From the NCBI GenBank assembly GCA_965219345.1, contig OZ244732.1, forward strand, positions 1,376,001-1,440,000: a stretch of 64,000 bases of DNA, read 5' to 3'. Every line of letters starts with the position of its first letter. Position 1 is the stretch's first letter. The notes under the pieces are model-generated. The model did not search any database. It was not told the DNA's origin and worked only from the letters and a program-made list of their open reading frames with translations. This stretch comes from Nitrosopumilus sp. (lineage in GTDB: Archaea > Thermoproteota > Nitrososphaeria > Nitrososphaerales > Nitrosopumilaceae). Shown in pieces: positions 26,137 to 36,477 of the stretch. A program made the translations under genes and the position numbers.

Positions 26137-26628
26137 CTAGAATTCAACATCCATGTCAAATTCCCCCTCACCCATGTTATTGTCTCCACCTTCTGGCATA
26201 TTTTCTGCCGGAACATAATTTGACATTGTCATGCCTATCATACTAAACATCATACTAAACATCATCATATCCATCACTCCAAAAAATATCATCATAGGAA
26301 GGAATGATTTGTTATCATCCATGTATTGTTTTAACTGCTCCTTATCTTGTGCTTTGTATAATGTTGACATTTGATTCCACTTTGTTTGTAATTCATGGAC
26401 TTTGTTATCTACTTCTATAGCCCCTTTTTCAGTGACCTTGATCTCTATTTTCTTCCCTAACAATCCATTTTTTTCTACTACTTGAATAAACCCGCCATTT
26501 TCTAGTTGTTCTAAAATTGAATTCAATTCTTCAGATTCAATTAGTGTCATTTTTTGAATTTTATCAAATTTTTTAATTCCTGCTTGTATTGCTCCTAGTA
26601 CAATGATCCCTTTTGGCTCCGTATTCAC
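26137..26628 (-). CDS. winged-helix protein with Met-rich hydrophobic C-terminus
   Basis: wHTH-like N-terminus (LEQLENGGFIQV...VTEKG). Confidence 0.65.
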   Translation of the reverse strand: MNTEPKGIIVLGAIQAGIKKFDKIQKMTLIESEELNSILEQLENGGFIQVVEKNGLLGKKIEIKVTEKGAIEVDNKVHELQTKWNQMSTLYKAQDKEQLKQYMDDNKSFLPMMIFFGVMDMMMFSMMFSMIGMTMSNYVPAENMPEGGDNNMGEGEFDMDVEF

Positions 26629-26714
26629 AATGCATTTTTTTTATTATCCCTAAAAATTGTTTGTTTAATTCTAAATACTTGAAAAATTATATCCTGTATA
26701 TTCATACATTCTTT

Positions 26715-27128
26715 ATGGAACGAGATAATTATTCTGATGAAGAAATTCGTAATATTCTTTCTTTAAAGAAAGTGACTGTTGTAGGAATGTCTAAAAGTTC
26801 TCATAAGGCAGCTCATTTTGTCCCCAAATATCTTTCTGATAATGGATATGATATCACTCCTGTAAATCCAACATCCGAAGAAATCTTGGGTAAAAAATGC
26901 TATAATTCCATTTCAGAAATTGATGAAGAAATTGAAATTGTGGATATATTCAGACCTTCAGACCAAGTTTTACCGTTCGTCCAAGAAGCCATAAAGAAAA
27001 AACCAAAAGTGATTTGGCTGCAAGAAGGAATTCATAATCCTGAAGCTGAAGAATTAGCAAGAAAAGAAGGAATCAAAGTAATTTTCAACAGATGTATGCT
27101 GGCAGAACATAGGAGACTATTGAGATGA
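26715..27128 (+). CDS. CoA-binding protein (YccU-like)
   Basis: VVGMS, PVNP, VDIFRPS, IWLQEG motifs; likely start ATG 26715. Confidence 0.9.
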   Translation: MERDNYSDEEIRNILSLKKVTVVGMSKSSHKAAHFVPKYLSDNGYDITPVNPTSEEILGKKCYNSISEIDEEIEIVDIFRPSDQVLPFVQEAIKKKPKVIWLQEGIHNPEAEELARKEGIKVIFNRCMLAEHRRLLR

Positions 27129-27490
27129 CAAACTTTGAAAATTTTTATCATGATCTACTTGATTTGGCAAAAAAATATGAATTGCAAAACACTCCTCTAA
27201 AAATCGAACAAGATCTTGAAAATGATATCATCAAGATATTTGGTGAAAAAATTACGTCTTTGACAAGAGCAAAAAATGGCTTGAATGATGTAGCAGAACT
27301 TGCATTTACAACAGCTGAACATCACCCATATTGGAATTTACTCTACAATTGTTCAGAAATAGCAAGTAGTGTTTTAGAAAAATGGAAAGGATCTCTATCT
27401 ACAGATGATTTTTCTGATATTGATTGGGCTATCAAAGAACTTAACCATTCACTTGAAAAAATCAAAAACAAAAATTCTTCTAATTCCTAG
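27125..27490 (+). CDS. hypothetical protein
   Basis: 121-aa ORF overlapping the upstream stop (ATGA). Confidence 0.7.
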   Translation: MTNFENFYHDLLDLAKKYELQNTPLKIEQDLENDIIKIFGEKITSLTRAKNGLNDVAELAFTTAEHHPYWNLLYNCSEIASSVLEKWKGSLSTDDFSDIDWAIKELNHSLEKIKNKNSSNS

Positions 27491-27525
27491 GCAGAGATAA
27501 ATATTCTAAACTGACAAATTATTGT

Positions 27526-28737
27526 ATGTCTATTAAGATTGGGTTAATTGGTAAAACCAATACTGGAAAGACAACCTTCTTTAATTCTGCTACATTGTCT
27601 TCTGAAGAAATTTCGTCTTACCCATTTACTACTAAAAAACCAGTGTCAGGAACAGCACATGCCGTTACACTTTGCGTTCATCCAGAATTTAAAATTCAAG
27701 ACAATCCCAACAACTCCAAATGTGTTGAAGGATGGAGATACATTCCAATTGAATTGATAGACTTACCTGGACTCATCAAGGATGCATGGAAAGGTAAAGG
27801 CCTTGGAAATCAGTTTCTATCCATTGCTGCACAATCTGATGTGTTACTTCACGTTGTTGATGCTTCTGGGGGGATTGATTCAACGGGAAAAATTACTGAA
27901 ATTGGAACGGGTGATCCTATTTCTGATTTTGCAGATATAGAGGAAGAATTGATCATGTGGTATCATAAAATTTTAGAAGGAAATAGAGACAAAGTATCAA
28001 AACTGATTAGAACCGGCACTGATATTTTAGACGCAATTACAGATCTTTATCGTGGTATTGGTGTAGACAAAACTCATGTTAAAGAAACACTTCTAGCAAC
28101 TGAACTTGAAGAAAAAGATTTTGATGATTTTGATATGATTGATACCAAAAAATTTGTATCACATCTAAGAAAAATTTCAAAACCGACTCTTATTGTAGCA
28201 AACAAAATTGATGTAGAAGGAGCTGACAAAAATTTTGCTAGATTAAGGGAGCGTTACAATGATTCAATAGTAATTCCTGTTAGTGGCGATAGTGAATTTA
28301 GTCTTAGACGTGCAGAGCAAAAAGGACTGATAAAATATTCTCCTGGCTCTGAACAATTTGAAATAATCAAATCTGATGAACTAAATGAAAAACAAACAAA
28401 TGCACTAAACTTTATCCAAAAAGGAATTATGGGTGAATATATGAGAACTGGGGTTCAATTTGCAATTAATGTTGCAGTCTTTAAACTACTTAAGATGAAT
28501 TCAATTTATCCTGTTGCAGATGAGAAAAATCTTTCTGATAAAAAAGGAAGGGTGCTCCCTGATTTACTTTTACTAAAAAATGGGGCTACAATAAAAGATC
28601 TTGCGAAGGAAATCCATTCTGATCTGACTAAAGGACTTTTGTACGGAAAAGATTTGAGGTATAATTTGAGACTGCCCATTGATTATCAACTAAGGGATAG
28701 AGATGTTGTTTCTATCATTAGTGCTGCAAAAAAATAA
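27526..28737 (+). CDS. ychF: YchF/Obg-family translation-associated NTPase
   Basis: GKTNTGKTT, YPFTT, DLPGL, GLGNQFL, NKID, C-terminal TGS domain. Confidence 0.88.
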   Translation: MSIKIGLIGKTNTGKTTFFNSATLSSEEISSYPFTTKKPVSGTAHAVTLCVHPEFKIQDNPNNSKCVEGWRYIPIELIDLPGLIKDAWKGKGLGNQFLSIAAQSDVLLHVVDASGGIDSTGKITEIGTGDPISDFADIEEELIMWYHKILEGNRDKVSKLIRTGTDILDAITDLYRGIGVDKTHVKETLLATELEEKDFDDFDMIDTKKFVSHLRKISKPTLIVANKIDVEGADKNFARLRERYNDSIVIPVSGDSEFSLRRAEQKGLIKYSPGSEQFEIIKSDELNEKQTNALNFIQKGIMGEYMRTGVQFAINVAVFKLLKMNSIYPVADEKNLSDKKGRVLPDLLLLKNGATIKDLAKEIHSDLTKGLLYGKDLRYNLRLPIDYQLRDRDVVSIISAAKK

Positions 28738-28809
28738 TTCCATTTAATTGACATACAGCATTACAATAATCTCAAAAATAGTTATTATGCGCTTAAATCT
28801 CATCATTGA

Positions 28810-29799
28810 ATGAGAAAATTAACAATTCTTTCAGTGATCATTGGAATTATTGTTATTGGTGTGGCATTATCTTATGTCTCAACCATAAAAATTGATAAAG
28901 ATCCATCAAAGGATCCATTCAAAGTTGGAATAGTAAAATGGGTGACAAGTGAGCAATTTGATGAAAATATTTCAGAATTTAAAAGATACTTGGAATTAGA
29001 TGAACATTTTCATGAAAATAATCTTGAATATCTAGAAGATATTTCTTATGCGGATAAATCTAAACATAAAGAAATCGTTCAAAGATTTATTGATGAAAAA
29101 GTAGATCTAATTTTCACTCAAACTACATCTGGAACTTTGATTGCAAAAGAAATGACACAAGACATGCCAATTGTTTTTTCTGTTGTGACTTATCCAGTTG
29201 AAGCAGGTATTATTGATGATTTATCACATTCTGGAAATAATTTAGTTGGAACTGGAAATTATATTTCAATTGAAAAACAATTTGATTTTTTTATAGAAAT
29301 TGCTCCAATAAAGAAATTAGGATTTGTTCATAAATTAAATGAACCAAATTCAATTATTCAATATAATGAAGTAAAAGAATATGCTAATAATAATGGAATA
29401 GAGATCATAGATATTGCAGGAACATCCCTAGAAGATTTAGAAAGTTTGATATCTGAAAATATTTCCAAAGTAGATACATTATGCCAAGCTTGTGATACTT
29501 TGGTACAAAGTGGCGGTGAAGAATTAGCCATTAAAATTGCAACTGAACAAAATAAACCAACTTTTTCTTGTAATCTTGATGGAGTAAAAAAGGGAGCGTT
29601 GGCTGGTAAGGTTGCAAATTTTATTGATATGGGACAATTATCAGGCTTAAGCAATAGGATTTTAGAAGGTTCAAATATTGATTTTTTAAAAACTGAGAGT
29701 CCAAGTGCTCACAGTATATTAAATTTGAAAACAGCTGATTCATTGGGAATAGAAATATCTCCAGAATTGAAATTTTCAGGAGCGGAACTAGTTAGTTAA
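28810..29799 (+). CDS. ABC-type substrate-binding protein (orphan)
   Basis: N-terminal TM anchor; PIVFSVVTYPVEAG, SGNNLVG, LNLKTADSLGIEI motifs of the ABC_sub_bind family. Confidence 0.8.
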   Translation: MRKLTILSVIIGIIVIGVALSYVSTIKIDKDPSKDPFKVGIVKWVTSEQFDENISEFKRYLELDEHFHENNLEYLEDISYADKSKHKEIVQRFIDEKVDLIFTQTTSGTLIAKEMTQDMPIVFSVVTYPVEAGIIDDLSHSGNNLVGTGNYISIEKQFDFFIEIAPIKKLGFVHKLNEPNSIIQYNEVKEYANNNGIEIIDIAGTSLEDLESLISENISKVDTLCQACDTLVQSGGEELAIKIATEQNKPTFSCNLDGVKKGALAGKVANFIDMGQLSGLSNRILEGSNIDFLKTESPSAHSILNLKTADSLGIEISPELKFSGAELVS

Positions 29800-29968
29800 T
29801 CATAAACACATTTAGAATTCTAAGAGACCTTCATATAAAAAATCAAAAAAATAATTGCGAAAAGCTGACCTTAAGCATTACAATATACACATAACATCCA
29901 CAACTATCAAGCATAAGTTCATTTTGAACCACAGGCAAGTTAATAGGCATAATTTAGGCACAAAAAAC

Positions 29969-31126
29969 ATGTCTTCTGATTCTCAAGATATACGAAGATC
30001 AATTTTGGCAAAATGGCATGAAACTCTATCAAAATATGGGAATTTGTTTTCTTCTGATTCAATTAGTGGCACTAGTCCCCCATCTGTTTTTGTAGGTTCT
30101 CATAATTATCCCAAAGTCTCTCTTGGCCCAATGGTCCCACCAATTCATGGTGACACAAGTCTACTCGACAATCCAGAAAAGTGGAAAGGAAAATCACTTG
30201 AAGAAATTGTTAATTTTAGATTAAATTTAGTTCGCGGAATACAAAAAATTCCAATTGATCAAACAGATGGTAGATACATTGAAAATCTTCAAGAAATTAC
30301 AATGTCTTCAAAACCAACCGATTCTGATTTGATATTTGAAAAGGCTTTATCTTCAAGTGTGTCTCTTGATGATGAAAGTGCTCCCTTTGGCCCAATTGGT
30401 CAGATAAAAACTGCAAAATTTTCTGGAACCTCTTCTGTAAAATCAATTGAAAAGACATTCTATGATAAGGACTTGAAAGCCAAAGATGCAGTTTTGAATT
30501 TATATAATTCTGGAATTGAAATTTCCAAAATTCAAAAATGTTTTAGTATTGGAATGTTAGGACAAAAAAGAAAGCTAGTTCCAACTAAATGGAGTATAAC
30601 TGCAACTGATGATATTATTTCTAAATCTCTTACCGATGAAATTTTAGATTATAATTTAATTGATTCATGTAGAGTTTTTTCATATGAACATTTGGGAAAT
30701 GTTTTCTCTGTTGTCTTATTTCCTCATAGATGGATATATGAAATGATTGAGGCTTGGTATTCAAATGGAATACTGGGATTTGGGTCTGATTCTGAGGATG
30801 CTCGTGGAATTAATCATTCTCCTGTTATAGCTGGTGCTTATTTTGCAGCCAAATTGGGAATTGTAGAATATTTGTCTAAAAAGAGAATTCAAGCAGGAGT
30901 CGTGATTCTAAGAGAAATTCGACCTGAATATGCTATTCCTGTTGGTGTATGGCAAATTCGTGAAGGTATCCGTGAGGCCATGAAGCAAAAACCTGCAATC
31001 GCAGATAACTTTGATCATGCACTCCTTCTGGCATCAAATAAAATGAGCATTAGCAAATCTGAATGGCTTTCCCATGGAAACATCTCAAAAATAATCAGGC
31101 AAAAAACTCTGTCTGATTTCTTTTAG
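29969..31126 (+). CDS. nre: Nre family DNA repair protein
   Basis: SPPSVFVG, RKLVPTKWSITATD, PVGVWQIRE and C-terminal PIP box QKTLSDFF; likely start ATG 29969. Confidence 0.9.
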   Translation: MSSDSQDIRRSILAKWHETLSKYGNLFSSDSISGTSPPSVFVGSHNYPKVSLGPMVPPIHGDTSLLDNPEKWKGKSLEEIVNFRLNLVRGIQKIPIDQTDGRYIENLQEITMSSKPTDSDLIFEKALSSSVSLDDESAPFGPIGQIKTAKFSGTSSVKSIEKTFYDKDLKAKDAVLNLYNSGIEISKIQKCFSIGMLGQKRKLVPTKWSITATDDIISKSLTDEILDYNLIDSCRVFSYEHLGNVFSVVLFPHRWIYEMIEAWYSNGILGFGSDSEDARGINHSPVIAGAYFAAKLGIVEYLSKKRIQAGVVILREIRPEYAIPVGVWQIREGIREAMKQKPAIADNFDHALLLASNKMSISKSEWLSHGNISKIIRQKTLSDFF

Positions 31127-31309
31127 ATTCTAACAAAAAATCTAACGATGTTATGCCGTCTTTGAAGTAACTTGTTTTTTAGCGCGTCGTTTCTTAATTA
31201 TACTACACATGACTGCCATTTGGATATAATTTAATTCGATTAGGACAATTATTCAATAATTTGTAATTTTTATAATCATTATGTAGAATTTAGGCATAAA
31301 AGAGGTGTT

Positions 31310-31507
31310 TCAATCGGCTATTTTTTTTCTTATACAATCAGGACATAGGATGATACCTTCATTATTTGTTAATTTGTACATTGTTTGTCCATACTCTTCA
31401 TTGTCTTTTCTTATTATTTGCCACTCATTTTCAAAAAATAAAATGCAACATGTAGGAATATCATGTTTGATACCTTTCCAAAAAAACTTTCCAAATTTAT
31501 TTCTCAT
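31310..31507 (-). CDS. small Cys-containing hypothetical protein
   Basis: 65 aa with IPTCCI..F and LCPDC motifs. Confidence 0.55.
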   Translation of the reverse strand: MRNKFGKFFWKGIKHDIPTCCILFFENEWQIIRKDNEEYGQTMYKLTNNEGIILCPDCIRKKIAD

Positions 31508-31626
31508 AGAGATTTGAATCGCGATTTGCGATCAAAAGACTAGGTTTTTGGATCAGTTGACCAAAAGATCAGAGTCTAATGAACCAATCATGCTATCCTT
31601 TATATGAATAAAAAGTAATTTTACCC

Positions 31627-31766
31627 ATGGGAAAATTTGATTATAAAAAATGCCCTCAATGTCATAAGATAGCAAACAACAATACCCAAGTCAAAGAACT
31701 ATTCGGTATTAGAAATAATGGTGTAATATCATGGTTCAATCATGGTGTAAATCATGCAGAGGTTAA
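31627..31766 (+). pseudogene. small zinc-finger gene, frameshifted
   Basis: MGKFDYKKCPQCHK...LFGIRNNG continues in another frame as MVQSWCKSCRG*. Confidence 0.55.
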
Positions 31767-31781
31767 CTATTTTTTTTAATT

Positions 31782-32309
31782 TTATCTATAGGGTCTAATA
31801 ATTTTCATATTTCCTTTTTGGTTATAGGAATCTAACAGAATAACGCCCTTATCTTCTGTAATGAATTTTTCACATTTTAGGTTTGAAGCAACCATCAAAT
31901 GCATAAAATCCATAGAACCCGGAAGTTTTCGCATATCAAGAAAATCAATCAATTTGGAGCCAGGTACATTTTCAACAAAATTGGTTAAATTCATAGAATC
32001 AATACCATTGAACTCATTTTCAGCAAACTCAGTGTGTGGAAAAGACAACAAAGCAGTTTTGATTTTATCATAAACACGATTTATTTCATCTTTAGTAGAT
32101 TCAGCCTCAGCAAATTTCGTGATATCATCAAACGGTCTACACAGTACATGATAAATCTCCATTAAAACGAGTTGAGATACCACTAGGTGATATTCACCGG
32201 TTTTAACTTTGTTAAACATATTTTGTGTTTCACGTCTAACTGTGGCAGGATCTTGAAATTTATTCAAATACAACATTGTATCAAAATAAACTTTAATGCC
32301 GTCTGGCAT
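31782..32309 (-). CDS. PIN-domain protein (VapC-like toxin)
   Basis: VYFDT, VSQLVLME, DFMHLMVA, FITED acidic PIN motifs. Confidence 0.85.
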   Translation of the reverse strand: MPDGIKVYFDTMLYLNKFQDPATVRRETQNMFNKVKTGEYHLVVSQLVLMEIYHVLCRPFDDITKFAEAESTKDEINRVYDKIKTALLSFPHTEFAENEFNGIDSMNLTNFVENVPGSKLIDFLDMRKLPGSMDFMHLMVASNLKCEKFITEDKGVILLDSYNQKGNMKIIRPYR

Positions 32310-33000
32310 TTTCTAAAATTTCTTCCAAGTTTATTTTTTTAAAAAGAGAACTTTCTTGATCAATTATCCCAGTAGATTCGTCAATTACATCAGGAATTAT
32401 TGAAGGTAATTTTTCCAAACCCATAGATTTCATCATTTTAATTCTAACATCTTGATCATTAAATTGAGGGGATAGAGGAATCCCATCTGGCGCACTAACA
32501 GATTTTTCTAAAACAGTTTCAAAAGATTCTTCAAAACTAGGACTTAATTCAGAAAATAAATCAATAATTTTTTGATTTACTTTTGCTTTAATTACACTAT
32601 TAGTTGTTGTCTCTGGATACAACTTGTATGAAATTGCAAGAATTTCATCCAAACTACATGGATTTAATGCATTAACCAATGAATTGATTTTTGGTTTCAT
32701 TTCTTTTAAAATGGAATTTCCACATTCATAAGTTCTATCAATTAAAGACAAATCATTTCTTCTTTGAAAAATAGGTTTACTGATTCGAACATATCTATCA
32801 CTTTCTAATTTTTGCAACAACGGTTCTAGTTCAGGTGAATTAACTCCATATCGATCAGGTTTAAAATTAAAAGGAGATTCTTTATTATTTTTTTCAAACA
32901 ATTTGCAAACTAGATGAAGTATTTTTACAAACTTGGTTTTACCTTTTATGACATCAACTGAAGATAAGATTTCTAAAACTAATTCTTCTTTTTGATTCAT
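32293..33000 (-). CDS. putative antitoxin, Panacea/SocA/YwgA-like wHTH
   Basis: IKGKTKFVKILHL...FNFKPDRYGVNSPEL resembles the G.T.L.K..Y...F....YGP.S motif; overlaps the PIN gene by 17 nt. Confidence 0.6.
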   Translation of the reverse strand: MNQKEELVLEILSSVDVIKGKTKFVKILHLVCKLFEKNNKESPFNFKPDRYGVNSPELEPLLQKLESDRYVRISKPIFQRRNDLSLIDRTYECGNSILKEMKPKINSLVNALNPCSLDEILAISYKLYPETTTNSVIKAKVNQKIIDLFSELSPSFEESFETVLEKSVSAPDGIPLSPQFNDQDVRIKMMKSMGLEKLPSIIPDVIDESTGIIDQESSLFKKINLEEILENARRH

Positions 33001-33280
33001 TTTGTATTACCTCTTAAAATGACGCCAATAAAATACAAATCAAAAATCCCCATGATTTTTGTCATTTACCTAAATGGCGAATTTAATTATTTAAGTTAAA
33101 CGAATCTTTTAACTCACTGTTTGATCGATTTGAAAAAAATTGTTAGATGCATCTTATGACTTATTCTTAAACTGAATTTACAAGTTTTTAGGCACAAAAC
33201 CACCTAAATTAATCTGAGGTTGACGGGCAGTCAATACAAATTAACCCGATTCGTTCCAGATGGAAAATGAAATTATATTT

Positions 33281-33568
33281 TTATTTTTCAGATTGTCCCT
33301 TTTGAATTAATTTCTTGCGAGATCTAGATTGAAGTAGACTAAACATTATCATTCCAACATTGATAATTGAGATTATTTCAATCAAGTCTACACCATACAA
33401 GAACCAATCAATTACTGGATGAATTCTAGATACAATTCCTGCTTCTAACATAATGTCGGCATTCCATATCATATGTGGAATTTGAATGAATTGTATTATT
33501 GCAATAATTACTATACTTCCTAGTATTTTATTCTCATACCATTGCCAAAATTTATTCCATGCATTCAT
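33281..33568 (-). CDS. small membrane protein
   Basis: 95 aa, two hydrophobic segments. Confidence 0.65.
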   Translation of the reverse strand: MNAWNKFWQWYENKILGSIVIIAIIQFIQIPHMIWNADIMLEAGIVSRIHPVIDWFLYGVDLIEIISIINVGMIMFSLLQSRSRKKLIQKGQSEK

Positions 33569-33688
33569 GTATTGTATTAGTGAATAATTTTATTAAACAC
33601 TGTGAAAATTAGATACAACTAATTAGACTCTCCTAATTTTTTTGGACACAAAAATAGTTAGTACAGACTAATTAGTGTTAACTAATTT

Positions 33689-35077
33689 TTAATTTTCAGC
33701 TTTGATGTTTTCTTTTTTCATCCAGATTGTTCTTTCTTTGCGATCAATTAATTCAACATTCATCTCATTTAGTTTATCTCGAATTTTGTCTGCATCTTCA
33801 AATTGTTTTTCTTTTCTACATTTCTCTCTACTCTCAATTAGATTGCCTATTTCCTTTTTTTCACTTTCTGTCATTTCAGGAATACTTAATCCCAAAATCT
33901 CTAACATTCTTTGTAATTTTGTTTTGATAATCACTGCATCTTTTTTTCCAAGTTTTTCTTCAGCTGCTAATCTGTTTGTCTCTTTCACAAGTTGGAAAAA
34001 TGCAGACAATGCAAGATGTGTGTTAAAATCACTGTCTAGTGCATTGTCAAATTCAGTACTTGTCTTTTCAATTATTGGATTAATATCTTCATGATTTTTA
34101 CTATCTGCATGAATTAATTCATAGTAACACGTCTCAACTTGTCTCCATTTTGTGAGATTCTCATTTAGCAACTCTTCAGAATAATCAATTGGTTTTGAAT
34201 AATGTCCTGATAGACAGAATAGTCGTATGATGTTAGACCCCCAATTCTCTAAAACATGTTTAATTGATTTTATGTTTCCAAGAGATTTTGACATCTTTTC
34301 TCCATTAATTGTTACCATTCCTACATGCATCCAAATTTTTGCAAATGGAGAATCTGTATGGGATTCTGATTGTGCTATCTCATTTTCATGATGAGGAAAT
34401 ATCAAATCTCTTCCACCACCATGAATCTCAAAGTTTTCTCCAAGATACTTTATACTCATTGCCGAGCATTCTATGTGCCATCCCGGTCTACCTTTTCCCC
34501 ATGGACTATCCCATGTGGGTTCTACATCAGAGAATTTCCACACTGCAAAGTCTAGTGGATCTTTTTTTGCTTCGTCAACTTCAATTCTTGCTCCTGATTG
34601 AAGTTCATCAATTTTCTTTTTTGATAATTTTCCATATTCTGGAAATTTTGATATTGAGAAATAGACGCCATTTTTAGAAGTATATGCAATTTGGTTTTCA
34701 ATTAATTTTTCAATAAATTTGATTATGTCATCGATATGTTCAGTAGCTTTTGGATAGTTTGTTGCGCGTTTTACATTTAATCCATCAAAATCTTTGAAAT
34801 AATTTTTAATGTATTTGGTGCTAATTTCTTCTGCAGTAGTGTTTTCTGATTGTGCACGATTTATGATTTTATCATCTACATCTGTGAAGTTTTGAATAAA
34901 CTCAACCCATGTTCCTTTTCTCTCCACATATTTTCTTAGCACATCAAAAACTATGATGGTTCTTGCATGTCCAATGTGAGATTCATCATAAACAGTCATC
35001 CCACACAGGTAGATCCTAACTTTTTTTGAAATGTCTAACTCTTGTTCCGAATTTGACAATGTATCTTGAAGTTTCAT
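33689..35077 (-). CDS. cysS: cysteine--tRNA ligase
   Basis: CGMTVY, HIGH, GRPGWHIEC, FPHHENE, KMSKS. Confidence 0.97.
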   Translation of the reverse strand: MKLQDTLSNSEQELDISKKVRIYLCGMTVYDESHIGHARTIIVFDVLRKYVERKGTWVEFIQNFTDVDDKIINRAQSENTTAEEISTKYIKNYFKDFDGLNVKRATNYPKATEHIDDIIKFIEKLIENQIAYTSKNGVYFSISKFPEYGKLSKKKIDELQSGARIEVDEAKKDPLDFAVWKFSDVEPTWDSPWGKGRPGWHIECSAMSIKYLGENFEIHGGGRDLIFPHHENEIAQSESHTDSPFAKIWMHVGMVTINGEKMSKSLGNIKSIKHVLENWGSNIIRLFCLSGHYSKPIDYSEELLNENLTKWRQVETCYYELIHADSKNHEDINPIIEKTSTEFDNALDSDFNTHLALSAFFQLVKETNRLAAEEKLGKKDAVIIKTKLQRMLEILGLSIPEMTESEKKEIGNLIESREKCRKEKQFEDADKIRDKLNEMNVELIDRKERTIWMKKENIKAEN

Positions 35078-35079
35078 TC

Positions 35080-35868
35080 TTATTCTCTATCTGGTTTTTG
35101 TGCCTGCAATCTTTTATGTTCGCTGTTTGTGTTCAATTCGTGGACTTTATCTACAATTGATTTTTCAATTTGAGTTATTTTCACTGTTTCATCGACTGAT
35201 AATTTTTTGTCACATAGGCAATACAGGATAGAATCTATTTCTTCATATGATGCACCTAGTTCTTCTTCTGCTTTGTGTTCTTTCCATAAATGTGGGCTAC
35301 TCTTTTTTGAAATGACTTTCTCTGGCACTCCAAGATACTTTGCAATTTCTCTTACTTGGAGTTTGTATAGTGAAATAATTGGAGTAATATCTGATGCCCC
35401 ATCTCCAAATTTTGTGAAATAACCAATTAGATACTCACTTTTGTCACTTGAACCTAAAACTAGATAGTTTTTGGAATTTGCATAGTAATACAAAATATTA
35501 GTTCTAATTCTTGCACGAAGATTTCCTTTAGATTTTTCATTTGGTTCAAGATACATAGAATATTCGTTTACAATTGGTTTGATGTCAATTAATTTGTGTT
35601 CAATTCCTGTTAATGCAATCATTTTGAGGGCATCTTCTGTTTCTGATGGTGTAATTGAAGTGTCTGGCATTATCATTGCCAATGTTTTTTCTTTTAGTTT
35701 TCTTTTGCAAATATAAGCTAAAACTGCTGAATCAATTCCTCCACTTAATCCTAGAATGATACCTTTTGAATGATTTTTTTCTATTTGGTCTGATAAGAAT
35801 TTTTCAATTGTTTCAGTAATTGAAGCATAGTCGTTATTTTTTATTTCATTTATGATATCTTGATTCAA
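35080..35868 (-). CDS. nadE: NH3-dependent NAD+ synthetase
   Basis: GLSGGIDS, GNLRARIR, GYFTKFGDG. Confidence 0.95.
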   Translation of the reverse strand: MNQDIINEIKNNDYASITETIEKFLSDQIEKNHSKGIILGLSGGIDSAVLAYICKRKLKEKTLAMIMPDTSITPSETEDALKMIALTGIEHKLIDIKPIVNEYSMYLEPNEKSKGNLRARIRTNILYYYANSKNYLVLGSSDKSEYLIGYFTKFGDGASDITPIISLYKLQVREIAKYLGVPEKVISKKSSPHLWKEHKAEEELGASYEEIDSILYCLCDKKLSVDETVKITQIEKSIVDKVHELNTNSEHKRLQAQKPDRE

Positions 35869-36099
35869 TAACTAATTTGAAGAATATGTGAATAAAAATT
35901 GTGCCTAATATTGAATCTAAATAAGTTCATTTTGAACACACATTATTCCTTATACTAACTTGGTATTGTAAAATTACAGAATAATCTGTGCCCAACATAA
36001 CCCATACCTAGCATAAGGGAAGGGAAATTTGTCCCTTCTCTTTTTGTATTTAATATTTAGAATTTGTCTTGTTGTAAATTATCAAGAAATTTTTAACTT

Positions 36100-36402
36100 T
36101 TAGATATCTACATAGATGCCATCATCTCTTGACTCTACAGAATATGTTTCCAGTTTGACATCTTTTAGATAGTCATTAAGTTGGCCTGTTTTGATGTTAT
36201 AATGCCAAAAGTGTAATGGGCATTCTACAATATCCCCCTCTAATTTTCCAGGTGCAATTGAACCATCTTGATGAACACAAAGATCATCTAATGCATGATA
36301 TCCATCTTGATTAAATATTGCAATTTGTTTTCCATCAATTTTGAAAGCTTTACCTTTCCCTGTAGCAATTTCTCCCTTCTCAGCAATCTTCTTCCAAGTC
36401 AA
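36100..36402 (-). CDS. Rieske [2Fe-2S] ferredoxin
   Basis: CVH...CPLH Rieske motifs. Confidence 0.9.
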   Translation of the reverse strand: MTWKKIAEKGEIATGKGKAFKIDGKQIAIFNQDGYHALDDLCVHQDGSIAPGKLEGDIVECPLHFWHYNIKTGQLNDYLKDVKLETYSVESRDDGIYVDI

Positions 36403-36477
36403 TAATTCTGCGGCATACTTGTCATTTATTTACATTCGCATGATAGAATTTTATAGTATAATTTAAGAATCTGATCG

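Noticed and set aside
26613-26714. N-terminal extensions given in the ORF track (also 29855-29968, 58010-58114, 61826-61858)
   Set aside because: They run through promoter regions, element ends or neighbouring genes; downstream ATGs fit better
33610-33688. Repeated CTAATTAG palindromes downstream of cysS
   Set aside because: Short and AT-rich; not distinguishable from chance without comparative data
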